DNA from: an uncultured Prevotella sp.
Lineage (GTDB): Bacteria > Bacteroidota > Bacteroidia > Bacteroidales > Bacteroidaceae
Direction of reading: 5' to 3'
Length of the DNA stretch: 64,000 nt
Assembly (NCBI GenBank): GCA_900548195.1
Contig: URJQ01000001.1
Span: 1,467-65,466, forward strand
The first letter of the stretch is position 1; each line of letters opens with the position of its first letter. This document shows, in pieces, positions 38,333-47,800 of the stretch. Under the pieces are notes generated by a model. That model was not told where the DNA came from. It searched no databases and saw only the letters and a list, made by a program, of their open reading frames with translations. The position numbers were made by a program, and so were the translations under genes.

Positions 38333-39382
38333 TTATGCGTGCTGCCATCCCTGTGCTTTTAGAGGGAATTCCTGACCATCTCTTGTCACCAGAAGAGTGC
38401 CGAGTTCCCTCTTTGTGATGTGGCCAATGATGCGAATATCATCGAGTTCCTTCACTTTCTCATAGTCACCGATAGGGCATGTGAAGAGAAGTTCGTAGTC
38501 TTCGCCACCATTTAGGGCGCAAGTGGAGAGGTTCATGTTCATTTCCTCTGCCATTACTGCAGTCTGATAGTCGATAGGAATCTCTTTTTCGAAGAGTCTG
38601 CAACCGGTGTCGCTTTCCTTACAGATGTGCATTATCTCAGAGCTGAGACCGTCGGAGATATCTATCATGCTGGTAGGACGGACGCCAGCCTGTCGTAAAG
38701 TCTTTAAGATGTCGCCACGAGCTTCAGGCTGGAGCTGTCTTTCGAGCAGGTATTCCTTGCCAGAGAAGTCAGGTTGGAAATCCACTACGGCATCCTTATT
38801 CTTCTTTCTTGCTTCCTGCAACTGCATATAATAGACAGATTTTTCACGCTCAAGCAGCTGGAGTCCGCAGTAAGCGGCGCCGAGATTGCCAGAGACGCAG
38901 ATAAGGTCTGTGTCCTTGGCGCCCGAACGATAAATGACGTCCTCCTTGTCGGCATCGCCCAATACGGTGATGGAAATGGCGAGACCTGTGAGAGAAGAGG
39001 TGGTGTCGCCGCCGACAATATCGACATTCCATTTATCGCAAGCCATGCGAAGACCTTCGTAGAAGTCTTCAATATCTTCCACTTTAAATCGTTTTGACAA
39101 AGCTATGCTGACAGTCATCTGGCGTGGTGTGCCTCCCATAGCGAAGATATCGGATATGTTTACCATAGCAGACTTGTAGCCGAGGTGCTTCATATCGACG
39201 TAGGTGAGGTCGAAGTGTACCCCTTCCATTAGCATATCCGTGGAGACGAGAGTCTCTTTATCTCCGTAGTGCATCACTGCGCAGTCGTCTCCTACGCCTT
39301 TCTTTGTGCTTTCATTCTTGAGTTTTATGTCCTTGGTGAGGTGTCCGATAAGGCCAAACTCACCCAATTCCTTTATTTCCAT
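38333..39382 (-). CDS. thiL: Thiamine-monophosphate kinase
   Basis: GEFGLI, GVGDDCA, EGVHF, NISDIFAMGG, GGDT, DISDGL, GGEDYELLFT. Confidence 0.95.
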   Translation of the reverse strand: MEIKELGEFGLIGHLTKDIKLKNESTKKGVGDDCAVMHYGDKETLVSTDMLMEGVHFDLTYVDMKHLGYKSAMVNISDIFAMGGTPRQMTVSIALSKRFKVEDIEDFYEGLRMACDKWNVDIVGGDTTSSLTGLAISITVLGDADKEDVIYRSGAKDTDLICVSGNLGAAYCGLQLLEREKSVYYMQLQEARKKNKDAVVDFQPDFSGKEYLLERQLQPEARGDILKTLRQAGVRPTSMIDISDGLSSEIMHICKESDTGCRLFEKEIPIDYQTAVMAEEMNMNLSTCALNGGEDYELLFTCPIGDYEKVKELDDIRIIGHITKRELGTLLVTRDGQEFPLKAQGWQHA

Positions 39383-39408
39383 TATGTTATTATGAATCTA
39401 TTTTATAA

Positions 39409-40614
39409 TCAGAATTTTATCTTTTTCGGTTTTTGAGCAGTGTCATTCGAGTCCGTCTTCAGGCTATTCTTCTTGCTGTTGCGTGTCTCTTTCTGCTCGT
39501 TGAGCTTCCGATTTTTCTCTTTTGTCAGTGTGCTGTTTTTAGAATTTTTGTGCACATAGCTGAGAATAGTCTCTTCGAATTTCTCTTGTTTGTCGAGCAT
39601 CACCTTTACTTTGACAGGCAAAACGTATAGATTACGCTTCACTTCTTCCGACAATCCCTGCATATTCTCCAGTCGAGTGGCATCCTTTTCCGTAGTGATG
39701 ATGATGCTTGGAGACGGCATAGAGGCGAATGTGGAGTTGATTTTCTCCACATCATTGTCAGTAAACTGATGATGATCCGCAAATCTGAGCGGAGTGATGT
39801 CTTTGCAATAAGGCTTAAGATCCTGCACCATTTGCTCTGGCGATGCGATACCAGTGAGGAGGAGTACGTGCTCTTGTGGCGTGATGTCGCTGAGCGAACG
39901 AGTCTTTGTGCCGAAGAGGAGTCGCATATCGCTGTAGTCCAGTCTGGTGAAATACAGTTGCTGATAGGGGAAAAGATTGAGTGCTCGTGAGAGAACTCTG
40001 AACGACATAGGCTTAAGGTCCTTCGGACACTTGGTGACAATGACGATGTCCGCGCGCGTCTTTCCCTCTTTTGGCTCGCGCAATCGTCCAGCCGGGAGCA
40101 GTTTGTCATAGATGATGAGGCGATGATAATCCACGAGCAGGATGTTGATGCCCGGTTTTACGTAGCGGTGCTGGTAAGCATCGTCGAGCAATATGACGTC
40201 AGTGTCCTTAGTCTCGTCATCAGTAGTGAGTCTTTCTATGCCGTGACAGCGGTCTTTATCCACAGCGACATAGATGTCATTATATTTCTTATGCATCTGG
40301 TAAGGCTCGTCGCCGATGTCCTGCATCATCGTGTCCGGAGCAGAAAGGACGTATCCTTTGCTCTTTCGCTTGTATCCTCTTGAGAGCACAGCCACTTTAG
40401 CACGCTTGCGGAGCAGTTCGATGAGATACTCCACATGCGGTGTCTTTCCTGATCCGCCCACGGTGATATTACCCACGGAGATAACGGGCACATCAAAAGA
40501 GCGGCTCTTCAGTATGCCGAGGTCGAAGAGACTGTTTCTTATTCCCACTCCTATGCCGTAGAGCCATGAGAGAGGTAATAGCCATTCGTTTATCTTTATG
40601 AAATCGCCTTCCAT
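39409..40614 (-). CDS. lpxK: Tetraacyldisaccharide 4'-kinase
   Basis: SVGNITVGGSGKTP, LSRGY, GDEP, LLDDAYQH, LPAGRLRE, FADHH, TTEKDA. Confidence 0.95.
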   Translation of the reverse strand: MEGDFIKINEWLLPLSWLYGIGVGIRNSLFDLGILKSRSFDVPVISVGNITVGGSGKTPHVEYLIELLRKRAKVAVLSRGYKRKSKGYVLSAPDTMMQDIGDEPYQMHKKYNDIYVAVDKDRCHGIERLTTDDETKDTDVILLDDAYQHRYVKPGINILLVDYHRLIIYDKLLPAGRLREPKEGKTRADIVIVTKCPKDLKPMSFRVLSRALNLFPYQQLYFTRLDYSDMRLLFGTKTRSLSDITPQEHVLLLTGIASPEQMVQDLKPYCKDITPLRFADHHQFTDNDVEKINSTFASMPSPSIIITTEKDATRLENMQGLSEEVKRNLYVLPVKVKVMLDKQEKFEETILSYVHKNSKNSTLTKEKNRKLNEQKETRNSKKNSLKTDSNDTAQKPKKIKF

Positions 40615-40620
40615 TACTTT

Positions 40621-40747
40621 GTTGTTTAGTTGTTTAGTTGTTTAGTTGTTTAGTTGTTTGCTTGACTTGTAGTCTTGTTGTCTTGTTGTTTGATTTTAAG
40701 TCTTTCGCATTCAACAAAACCACTAAACAACAAAACCACCAAACAAC
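40621..40747. repeat. Inverted octamer-array hairpin, copy 2
   Basis: (GTTGTTTA)4 at 40621-40652 plus degenerate units; inverted arm 40712-40747 lies 4 nt from the sppA stop. Confidence 0.8.
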
Positions 40748-40751
40748 TTAA

Positions 40752-42533
40752 TTACCTGACAATCACCTCGTCGAGCATACGAGCCTGCACAGGGCTCATG
40801 GAGCGTATGCCGTGCATGATGGCGAAAGGCTCATAGTATTCGCCGAGCAATAGGCGCATCTGCTCATCGAGATAAGAGCCCCCTCTGCCCTCGCTGAATA
40901 AGTTTTCGGTCCAGTCTTTGGCAATAGGGTAGGAGCAAATGGAGTAGTCCTGCATCTTAGCAAGCTTAGCAGCCTTGGCAATAGCGTCGTCGATACTGCC
41001 CAACTGATCGACGAGTCGAATCTTGAGAGCATCCTTACCGAGCCATACTCTGCCTTGCGCAATCTTGTCAACGTCAGCCGTTTTCATATTTCTACCTTCT
41101 GCAACGCGCTGCAGGAAAGTAGCATAGCCACGGTTGATGTATTTCTGTAGCAATGCTATCTCATCGTCAGAGAAAGCCCTTGCCATAGGAGTGATGCTCA
41201 TGTCCGAATGCTTGTTGGTGATTACTTTATCGTATTTGAAGCCTAATTTCTCAGTCATCAGTTTGTGAGCGTCAGGGAATGTGCCAAAGATACCGATGCT
41301 ACCGGTGAGAGTAGTAGGCTCGGCAACAATCCAAGAAGCGGCACACGACATATAATAACCGCCAGAAGCAGCCATTCCGCCCATAGAAACTACCACAGGT
41401 TTCACCTTTTTGAGTTCCATAATCTGATGCCACATCTGCTCAGAAGCGTATGCGTCGCCACCGCCGGAGTTGATTCTGATGACCACCGCCTTGACGTTGT
41501 CGTCCTTGGCAAGAGCCTCAATATCACGGCATACGGTGGGACCTACTATGCCAGCATCGCCCATCAGTACGCCCTGCACCTCTTGCTGCACGATGCTTCC
41601 TTCGCAGTAATATACGGCAATCTGGTCGCTGTTGTCAGTTTCAATCGAAGCATAATCCACCATCTGTGACACGCTTACCTGCGCAATGGCGTCCTCATCA
41701 GCGATTTTCAGTAGTTTCTTTATCTCGCCTTTTATTTGGTCAGGGTAGAGAGTAGCGTCGATAAGTCCCTTCTGCTTGTATTCCTTTGTGCTGGAAAACT
41801 CCATCACTTGGTCGGCATAGGCATTGAGAGAGTCAGTAGAAATCTTACGACTCTTGCTCACATCGCTCACAAATCTGTCCCAGATACCATTGAGATATAC
41901 GCTCACCTGCTCGCGGTTAGCGTCGCTCATGTGGTCCTCAGTGAAAGTCTCAGTGGCGCTCTTGTATTGTCCCACCTTGACTACTTGTATTTTAACGCCC
42001 ACTTTATCGAGGAAATCGCGGATAAACTGCGGTTGGGTGGACAAGCCATGCCATGACAGCATACCCTTCGGATTGATCCAAACCTTGTCAGCTGCGCTTG
42101 CTACATAGTAGGCACCTTGCTGATAAGTGTCGGCATACGCTACTACAAACTTGCCAGTCTTCTTGAAGTCAAGCAGGAGGTCACGTAATGACTGCAGAGT
42201 GGCAGGCGATCCTTCGAGCGTGTTAGCTTCGATGTAGATGCCCTTTATCTGCTCGCAATCCTTCGCTTTCTGTATCGCTTTGCGAATATTGTCAAGACCT
42301 TGTGCTGGTTTTACTTGCCCCATCAGCATAGACATCACGTCGTTATCTTCGATGGTGTGGTCGGCAAGAGTGCCATTCAGCTTCAGCACGAGGACTGAGT
42401 GTTCGGCTATCTCAGTGGTTTCGGATGTGGAAAACATTCCTATGATGCTGAACAATAAGCAGATGAATGTGATAAAACCGAAGATGAAGAGTCCTGCGAG
42501 CGTGGCAAGAGTGTATTTCAGGAAATCTCTCAT
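40752..42533 (-). CDS. sppA: Signal peptide peptidase A, 67-kDa type
   Basis: N-terminal TM, VGQYKSATE, RINSGGG, SMGGMAASGGYY, TGSIGIFG, AQGRVWLG; TAAATTTG at 42591-42598 (minus). Confidence 0.95.
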   Translation of the reverse strand: MRDFLKYTLATLAGLFIFGFITFICLLFSIIGMFSTSETTEIAEHSVLVLKLNGTLADHTIEDNDVMSMLMGQVKPAQGLDNIRKAIQKAKDCEQIKGIYIEANTLEGSPATLQSLRDLLLDFKKTGKFVVAYADTYQQGAYYVASAADKVWINPKGMLSWHGLSTQPQFIRDFLDKVGVKIQVVKVGQYKSATETFTEDHMSDANREQVSVYLNGIWDRFVSDVSKSRKISTDSLNAYADQVMEFSSTKEYKQKGLIDATLYPDQIKGEIKKLLKIADEDAIAQVSVSQMVDYASIETDNSDQIAVYYCEGSIVQQEVQGVLMGDAGIVGPTVCRDIEALAKDDNVKAVVIRINSGGGDAYASEQMWHQIMELKKVKPVVVSMGGMAASGGYYMSCAASWIVAEPTTLTGSIGIFGTFPDAHKLMTEKLGFKYDKVITNKHSDMSITPMARAFSDDEIALLQKYINRGYATFLQRVAEGRNMKTADVDKIAQGRVWLGKDALKIRLVDQLGSIDDAIAKAAKLAKMQDYSICSYPIAKDWTENLFSEGRGGSYLDEQMRLLLGEYYEPFAIMHGIRSMSPVQARMLDEVIVR

Positions 42534-42732
42534 AATGACTAAAAAATATTGTTTGACTATGTGCGTACATTATAATGCACGAATTGCTTGCAAATTTACT
42601 CATTTTTCTTGAGATAATGTCATAAAAAACTGAAAATCGTACGTTTCTGTCTTGATATTCTTCATTTTTGTCGGGGGCGCTTTGAATAAAATGGCAATTG
42701 GGGGTATCTGATGTTTCTGGTGTGGGCTTGTT

Positions 42733-42847
42733 ATATCAGCCGGTAACGCGGCTGACACAGTGGCTTGCTTAAATGAAGAAGGAAGAATCTGTTAAATGAA
42801 GAATGAAGAATGTAGAATGAAGAATGAAGAATGGCTGACACAGGGGC
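42733..42847. repeat. Composite repeat: REP-like copy 2 + heptamer arm + half REP
   Basis: ATATCAGCCGGTAACGCGGCTGACACAGTGGCT, then TTAAATGAAGAAT... arrays, then GGCTGACACAGGGGC. Confidence 0.78.
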
Positions 42848-43015
42848 GGACGATGTGGCTTCCGTTTATATGATTCTTGAGACTAAAAGATGCTGAAGAA
42901 GGGATGATATGGATGTGTTAACATAATTATACATACGTTAAAATCAAAGGACTTTTTTGTATATAATAATCACGGAAAAATGAAATGAAAATCATGGGGA
43001 AATGGCATTTGTGAG

Positions 43016-43214
43016 TGAAAGCATAGCTATTGGGAGGTGAAAGTATAGCTATTGGGAGGTGAAAGCATAGTTATTAGGTGGCGAAAGCATAGCTTTTACA
43101 ACGTAAAAACTTGACATTTAGGCAGTAAAAACTATGCTTTTGCTATGAAAAACGACCGTTTCTGCAATGTAAAAATCAAGCCTAAATCGTAACGTGTTGA
43201 CCGTTAGACGAATA
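43016..43214. repeat. 22-bp-period palindromic array (8 units) plus adjacent 25-bp dyad
   Basis: Units at 43016, 43038, 43060, 43082, 43104, 43126, 43148 and 43170; dyad TAA-CGTGT-TGA-CCG-TTA-GACGA-ATA at 43190-43214. Confidence 0.85.
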
Positions 43215-43396
43215 GAAAAATCGACAAAAATGAGCGAGAATCCATTATTCAGGACAGAAATATTTTTGCAGGAAAATATTGCAAGGAAAATGTTAAAATT
43301 GGAAGAAAAGAATGATTTTCGTGATATTATTAGTACCTTTGCAAGCAAAATATCTTAATCTTTGATTAACATTAAACTAATACAAAACTTAAATTC

Positions 43397-44668
43397 ATGA
43401 AAAAAACATTATTGGCGTCACTCCTGCTCTGTGCTTCCACATTCGCTGGAGCGCAACAGATGACTTACGACCTGACAAAGAAGCAGCCTACTTACACCGC
43501 TGAAGGTGGCTACGGCTACGATCTGACCAAAGCTCCTGAGAAGAATAGCAATGATCCATTCTATTTCTCCGTAAAGGTGCCTGACGGAAACTATCGCGTT
43601 ACCGTAACGTTAGGTAGCAAGAAAAAAATGGGAGAGACCACTGTACGCGCAGAAAATCGCCGCCTCATGGTGGAGAGATGCGTGACAGGAAAGAATAAAT
43701 TTGAGACATATTCATTCCTCGTGCATAAGCACAGCGTGGATATTCCAGCATACACCAACGGCGAGGGCAAGCAGACCAAGCCTTCAAAGGTGAAAATCAA
43801 GCAGCGCGAAAACGGTTCGCTCTCATGGGATGAGAAGTTGACACTTGAGTTTAACGGTTCCAGCCCATGCGTCAAGACCATCACCATCGAGCCGGAGAAT
43901 GAGGCTCCTACGTTCTATCTCTGTGGCAACTCCACAGTAGTGGACCAGGCATACGAGCCTTGGGCATCATGGGGACAGATGGTGACACGCTGGTTTGACG
44001 ACAAGGTCTGCGTGGCAAACTTCGCCGAGAGCGGACTGACCACCACCACATTCATGGCACAGAACCGTCTGGAAAAGATACTCTCCATGATCCGTCCCGG
44101 CGACTACGTGCTCTGCGAGTTCGGCCATAATGACGAGAAGGAGAAAGGACCTGGCACAGGAGCATGGTATCACTACACTGTAGCGCTGAAGAAGCTCACT
44201 GACCTCGTGAAGGCAAAGCAGGGAAACGTAATCATGTGTACCCCGACCGTTCGTCGTGCATTTGAGAAAGACAATAAGACGGTGCGTGAGACCCACGGAG
44301 ACTTCCCGGAGGCAATGCGCACAATGGCAAAGAGAGAAGGTCTCCCAGTTATAGATCTCAATAAGCAGTCATCTCTCTTGCTTCTCCATACAGGTATGGG
44401 AGGTTCGAAGCATATCTACGTGCAGTATCCTATGGGTACCTTCCCTTGGCAGACTAAGGCTTTCGAAGACAACACCCATTTCACTCCATTCGGTGCTTAC
44501 GAGCTGTCAAAGCTCGTCATCCAGGAGCTGAAGAACATGAAGCATCCGCTCGCAGAGCATCTGAGAGACGACTGGACGGACTTCATTCCATACTATCCAG
44601 ACAACTCTGCTGAGTTCTATTGGCCACAGTCCATCTTCCATGATGGCGTGAAGCCAGACGGAAACTGA
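43397..44668 (+). CDS. Rhamnogalacturonan acetylesterase (CE12, SGNH/GDSL)
   Basis: Signal peptide; GNSTV, SWGQM, NFAESG, EFGHND, DNTHF; TACCTTTG at 43334-43341. Confidence 0.88.
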   Translation: MKKTLLASLLLCASTFAGAQQMTYDLTKKQPTYTAEGGYGYDLTKAPEKNSNDPFYFSVKVPDGNYRVTVTLGSKKKMGETTVRAENRRLMVERCVTGKNKFETYSFLVHKHSVDIPAYTNGEGKQTKPSKVKIKQRENGSLSWDEKLTLEFNGSSPCVKTITIEPENEAPTFYLCGNSTVVDQAYEPWASWGQMVTRWFDDKVCVANFAESGLTTTTFMAQNRLEKILSMIRPGDYVLCEFGHNDEKEKGPGTGAWYHYTVALKKLTDLVKAKQGNVIMCTPTVRRAFEKDNKTVRETHGDFPEAMRTMAKREGLPVIDLNKQSSLLLLHTGMGGSKHIYVQYPMGTFPWQTKAFEDNTHFTPFGAYELSKLVIQELKNMKHPLAEHLRDDWTDFIPYYPDNSAEFYWPQSIFHDGVKPDGN

Positions 44669-44752
44669 TGTTTCCTACATGCCGTTCCTCCCTCCTTCAG
44701 CGGAGAGAGGAATGGCATTCCCCCACAGTCATGTCCCCTTTGCGACAAAGGT

Positions 44753-44785
44753 GAGCCACTGTGTCAGCCGCTTCAGCGGTTGACA
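44753..44785 (+). repeat. REP-like element copy 3 (variant)
   Basis: GAGCCACTGTGTCAGCCGC-TTCA-GCGGTTGACA. Confidence 0.7.
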
Positions 44786-44823
44786 GCTACTGACAGGATA
44801 TACTAACAATCAATATTTACAAG

Positions 44824-47800
44824 ATGAAACAAATACTGACCTTTCTGTTTCTGATGCTGGCTATATTGCCATCGTCAGCGCAACGCAGGATCGACAAGCT
44901 CGACCGAGGGCTTGTCGGCATCAAAGTCAATGCAGGCGTATTCCTCAGTTGGAGAATACAGTCTGACGAGTACTATGACGTGAAGTACAACCTTTACCGC
45001 AACGGCACCCGTATTGCGGAAAATCTCGATGTCTCTAATTTCACCGACAAGGGCGGAAGTGTGGATAACTCCTACACTGTCGCTGCAGTAGTGCGTGGAA
45101 AAGAGCAGACACAGTCTAAGGCTATCAAGCCTTGGGCGCAGAATTACTTTGAGATCAGCCCTAAGCACGACTCTTCCCTCAAGTGTACATACGTGCCAAA
45201 TGACGCCTGCTGTGCAGATGTCGATGGCGACGGAGTGGTGGAAATCCTCCTGAAGTATGACAACCAGCAGGAGGGAGAGCAGCTTTACCCGAAGCAGGGT
45301 CCTAAGATGGGCGGTGCAGACACCAAGGAATACACCCTCTTTGAGGTGCTGAAACTTGACGGCACTGTGCTCTGGTGGGTCAACTGCGGACCAAATATGG
45401 GCGACTTCCAGAACAATGAACAGAACATCGTGGGCTATGACTGGGACCAGGACGGCAAGTCGGAGGTGCTGATGCGCCTCGCTGAAGGATCCGAAATCCA
45501 CATGGCTGACGGCACAGTATATAAAATTGGAGCCGATGGCAAGAACGGTACATCATGGACAAACTACCGTCAGCCTAAGGCAGAGGGCAGTGTAGAGTGG
45601 TTTACCCACTATGGCAATGAGTTTCTCGTATATTGCAACGGTGAGACAGGTAAGCCATACCAGTGCATCGACTTCCCATTGAAGCGCTATGAAGCAGGAG
45701 AGACAGACCTGAAGAAGGCATGGGGCGACGGCTATGGTCACCGTTCCAGCAAGTATTTCTTCGGTGCTCCTTATCTTGACGGACGCCATCCGAGCATCTT
45801 CCTCGGAAGAGGTATCTACACACGTCATAAGTTTGTAGCCCTCGATGTGGATCCAAATACCCACCAACTCAAGGAGCGTTGGCGCTGGACAAACAATCAG
45901 GCAGGCTCACCTTGGTATGGACAGGGTTATCACAACTATGCCGTCGTAGATGTAGATTGGGACGGACGCGATGAGATAGTATGGGGCTCTATGGTCATTG
46001 ACGATAATGGTAAGGGACTTTCCACTACTGGACTCGGACATGGTGACGCTCAGCATCATGGTGATTTCGACCCTTATACATACGGACAGCAGGGTTTCTT
46101 CTGTAATGAAGATTTACCAGCAAACAACTATCGTGACCTTATCACCAGCAAGATACGCCACCGCTTGGCAGGTGGAGGCGATGACGGCCGCTCTCTTGCC
46201 GGCAACTTCAGCAATGATATGCCAGGCGCAATGGGCTACTCAGGTCATGAGGATCCTATCAGTTGCGTGACAAGTAATCTGGAGAGCAATCTCTCGAAGA
46301 ACGGATTAGGCATAAATTTCCGCATTTATTGGGATGGAGACCTTCAGGAAGAATCGTTCAATAATGTCTCTGTCAGCAAGTATAAAAAAGGTGAAATAGC
46401 CACTATGACAGGCTGTTACTCAAATAATAGTACAAAGGCGACGCCTACATTCATGGGCGACATTTTCGGCGACTGGCGCGAAGAAATCATCGAGCGCACA
46501 GCCGACAATAAGCTTCGCATCTTCACTACCACCATTGAGACACCTTGGCGCAACTACTCCCTCTGGTATGACAAGCAGTATCGTAACGGTATGGTATGGC
46601 AGATGTGTGGCTACAATCAGCCTCCACACGTGTCATATTTCCTCGGTGAGCTCGAAGGCATCACTATGGCACCACCTCCAGAGACCATGACAGGACGCAA
46701 GGAGATAGCCAATGGCGGCACCATAGGCAGTGACGACGAAGTGCTCATCACCTGCGAGACCAATGACATGACCGTTAACGTGCAGGATGGAGCTACACCT
46801 TATTTATATATAGACAACGCTCCGTCCTGGGTGCAGGGCTCTGCAAAGTCGGAAGCCACAGCAAAGGAATATCCTATCACTTATACATACTACACCCATA
46901 CCCTCACAGGTGGAGCCTTTGCAGGCGATATGCGTCTCATCAAGCAGGGTGCGGGCAACCTCGTTTTGCCTAACGTGGTGCAGACATACAAGGGCAACAC
47001 CGACGTATGGGCAGGCACACTGACCTTCAACGGTACACTCCAGAATTCACGCCTCTGGCTCAATCGCCTCACTAATCTCAATACAGATGGCGGTAAGTTC
47101 GAGAAGAGCATACAGGCAGACTATGGTAGTGTGATTCGTATAGGTGGTGAAGAGGCAAAGGCTTCTTCTCTTACTACCGACTCTCTCAATCTCGGTTTCG
47201 GTGCAATCGTAGAAATAGACCTCTTCTCTGACGGTCTGAAAGCCGACCAGATCAATGCTAACGTGCTTAACATTGAGAAGAAGGTATGGCCTAATGGCGG
47301 CGGTCCTGTATATGATACTCCAGTGTTCCGCTTCAAAGCACACGCTGCTGGCGAAATGAGTGATATTGCAAGTGGTGATTATGTCCTTGGCAGCATAGCC
47401 AAAGTGGAGGGAAATATCTCTGATATTGTAATCGAAGGATTGACAAAACAGAAGACTTCACTCTCCGTGAAAGAAGGAAAACTCGTGCTTACAGTAAAGA
47501 GTTACCCAGAGAAAAACCTCGTATGGTCAGGCGACAAGGGCACTACTCTTGACCTTGACAATACAGCCAACCTCACAGATGCAGAATCTGGCGAGGCAGA
47601 AGTATTCACCACAGGTTCAGATATCCTCTTCCCTGCCACTGCAAGCAATTATAATGTAGTCGTTTCAAATGCTCATGGCGCAGTGTATGCTAAGTCTATC
47701 ACATTCGATAATAGTAATAAGCCTTACTATCTCTCTGGCGATAGCATCGTGGGAGAACCTGTAGTGACTAAGAAGGGCGACGGTTCTGTATATATAAATA

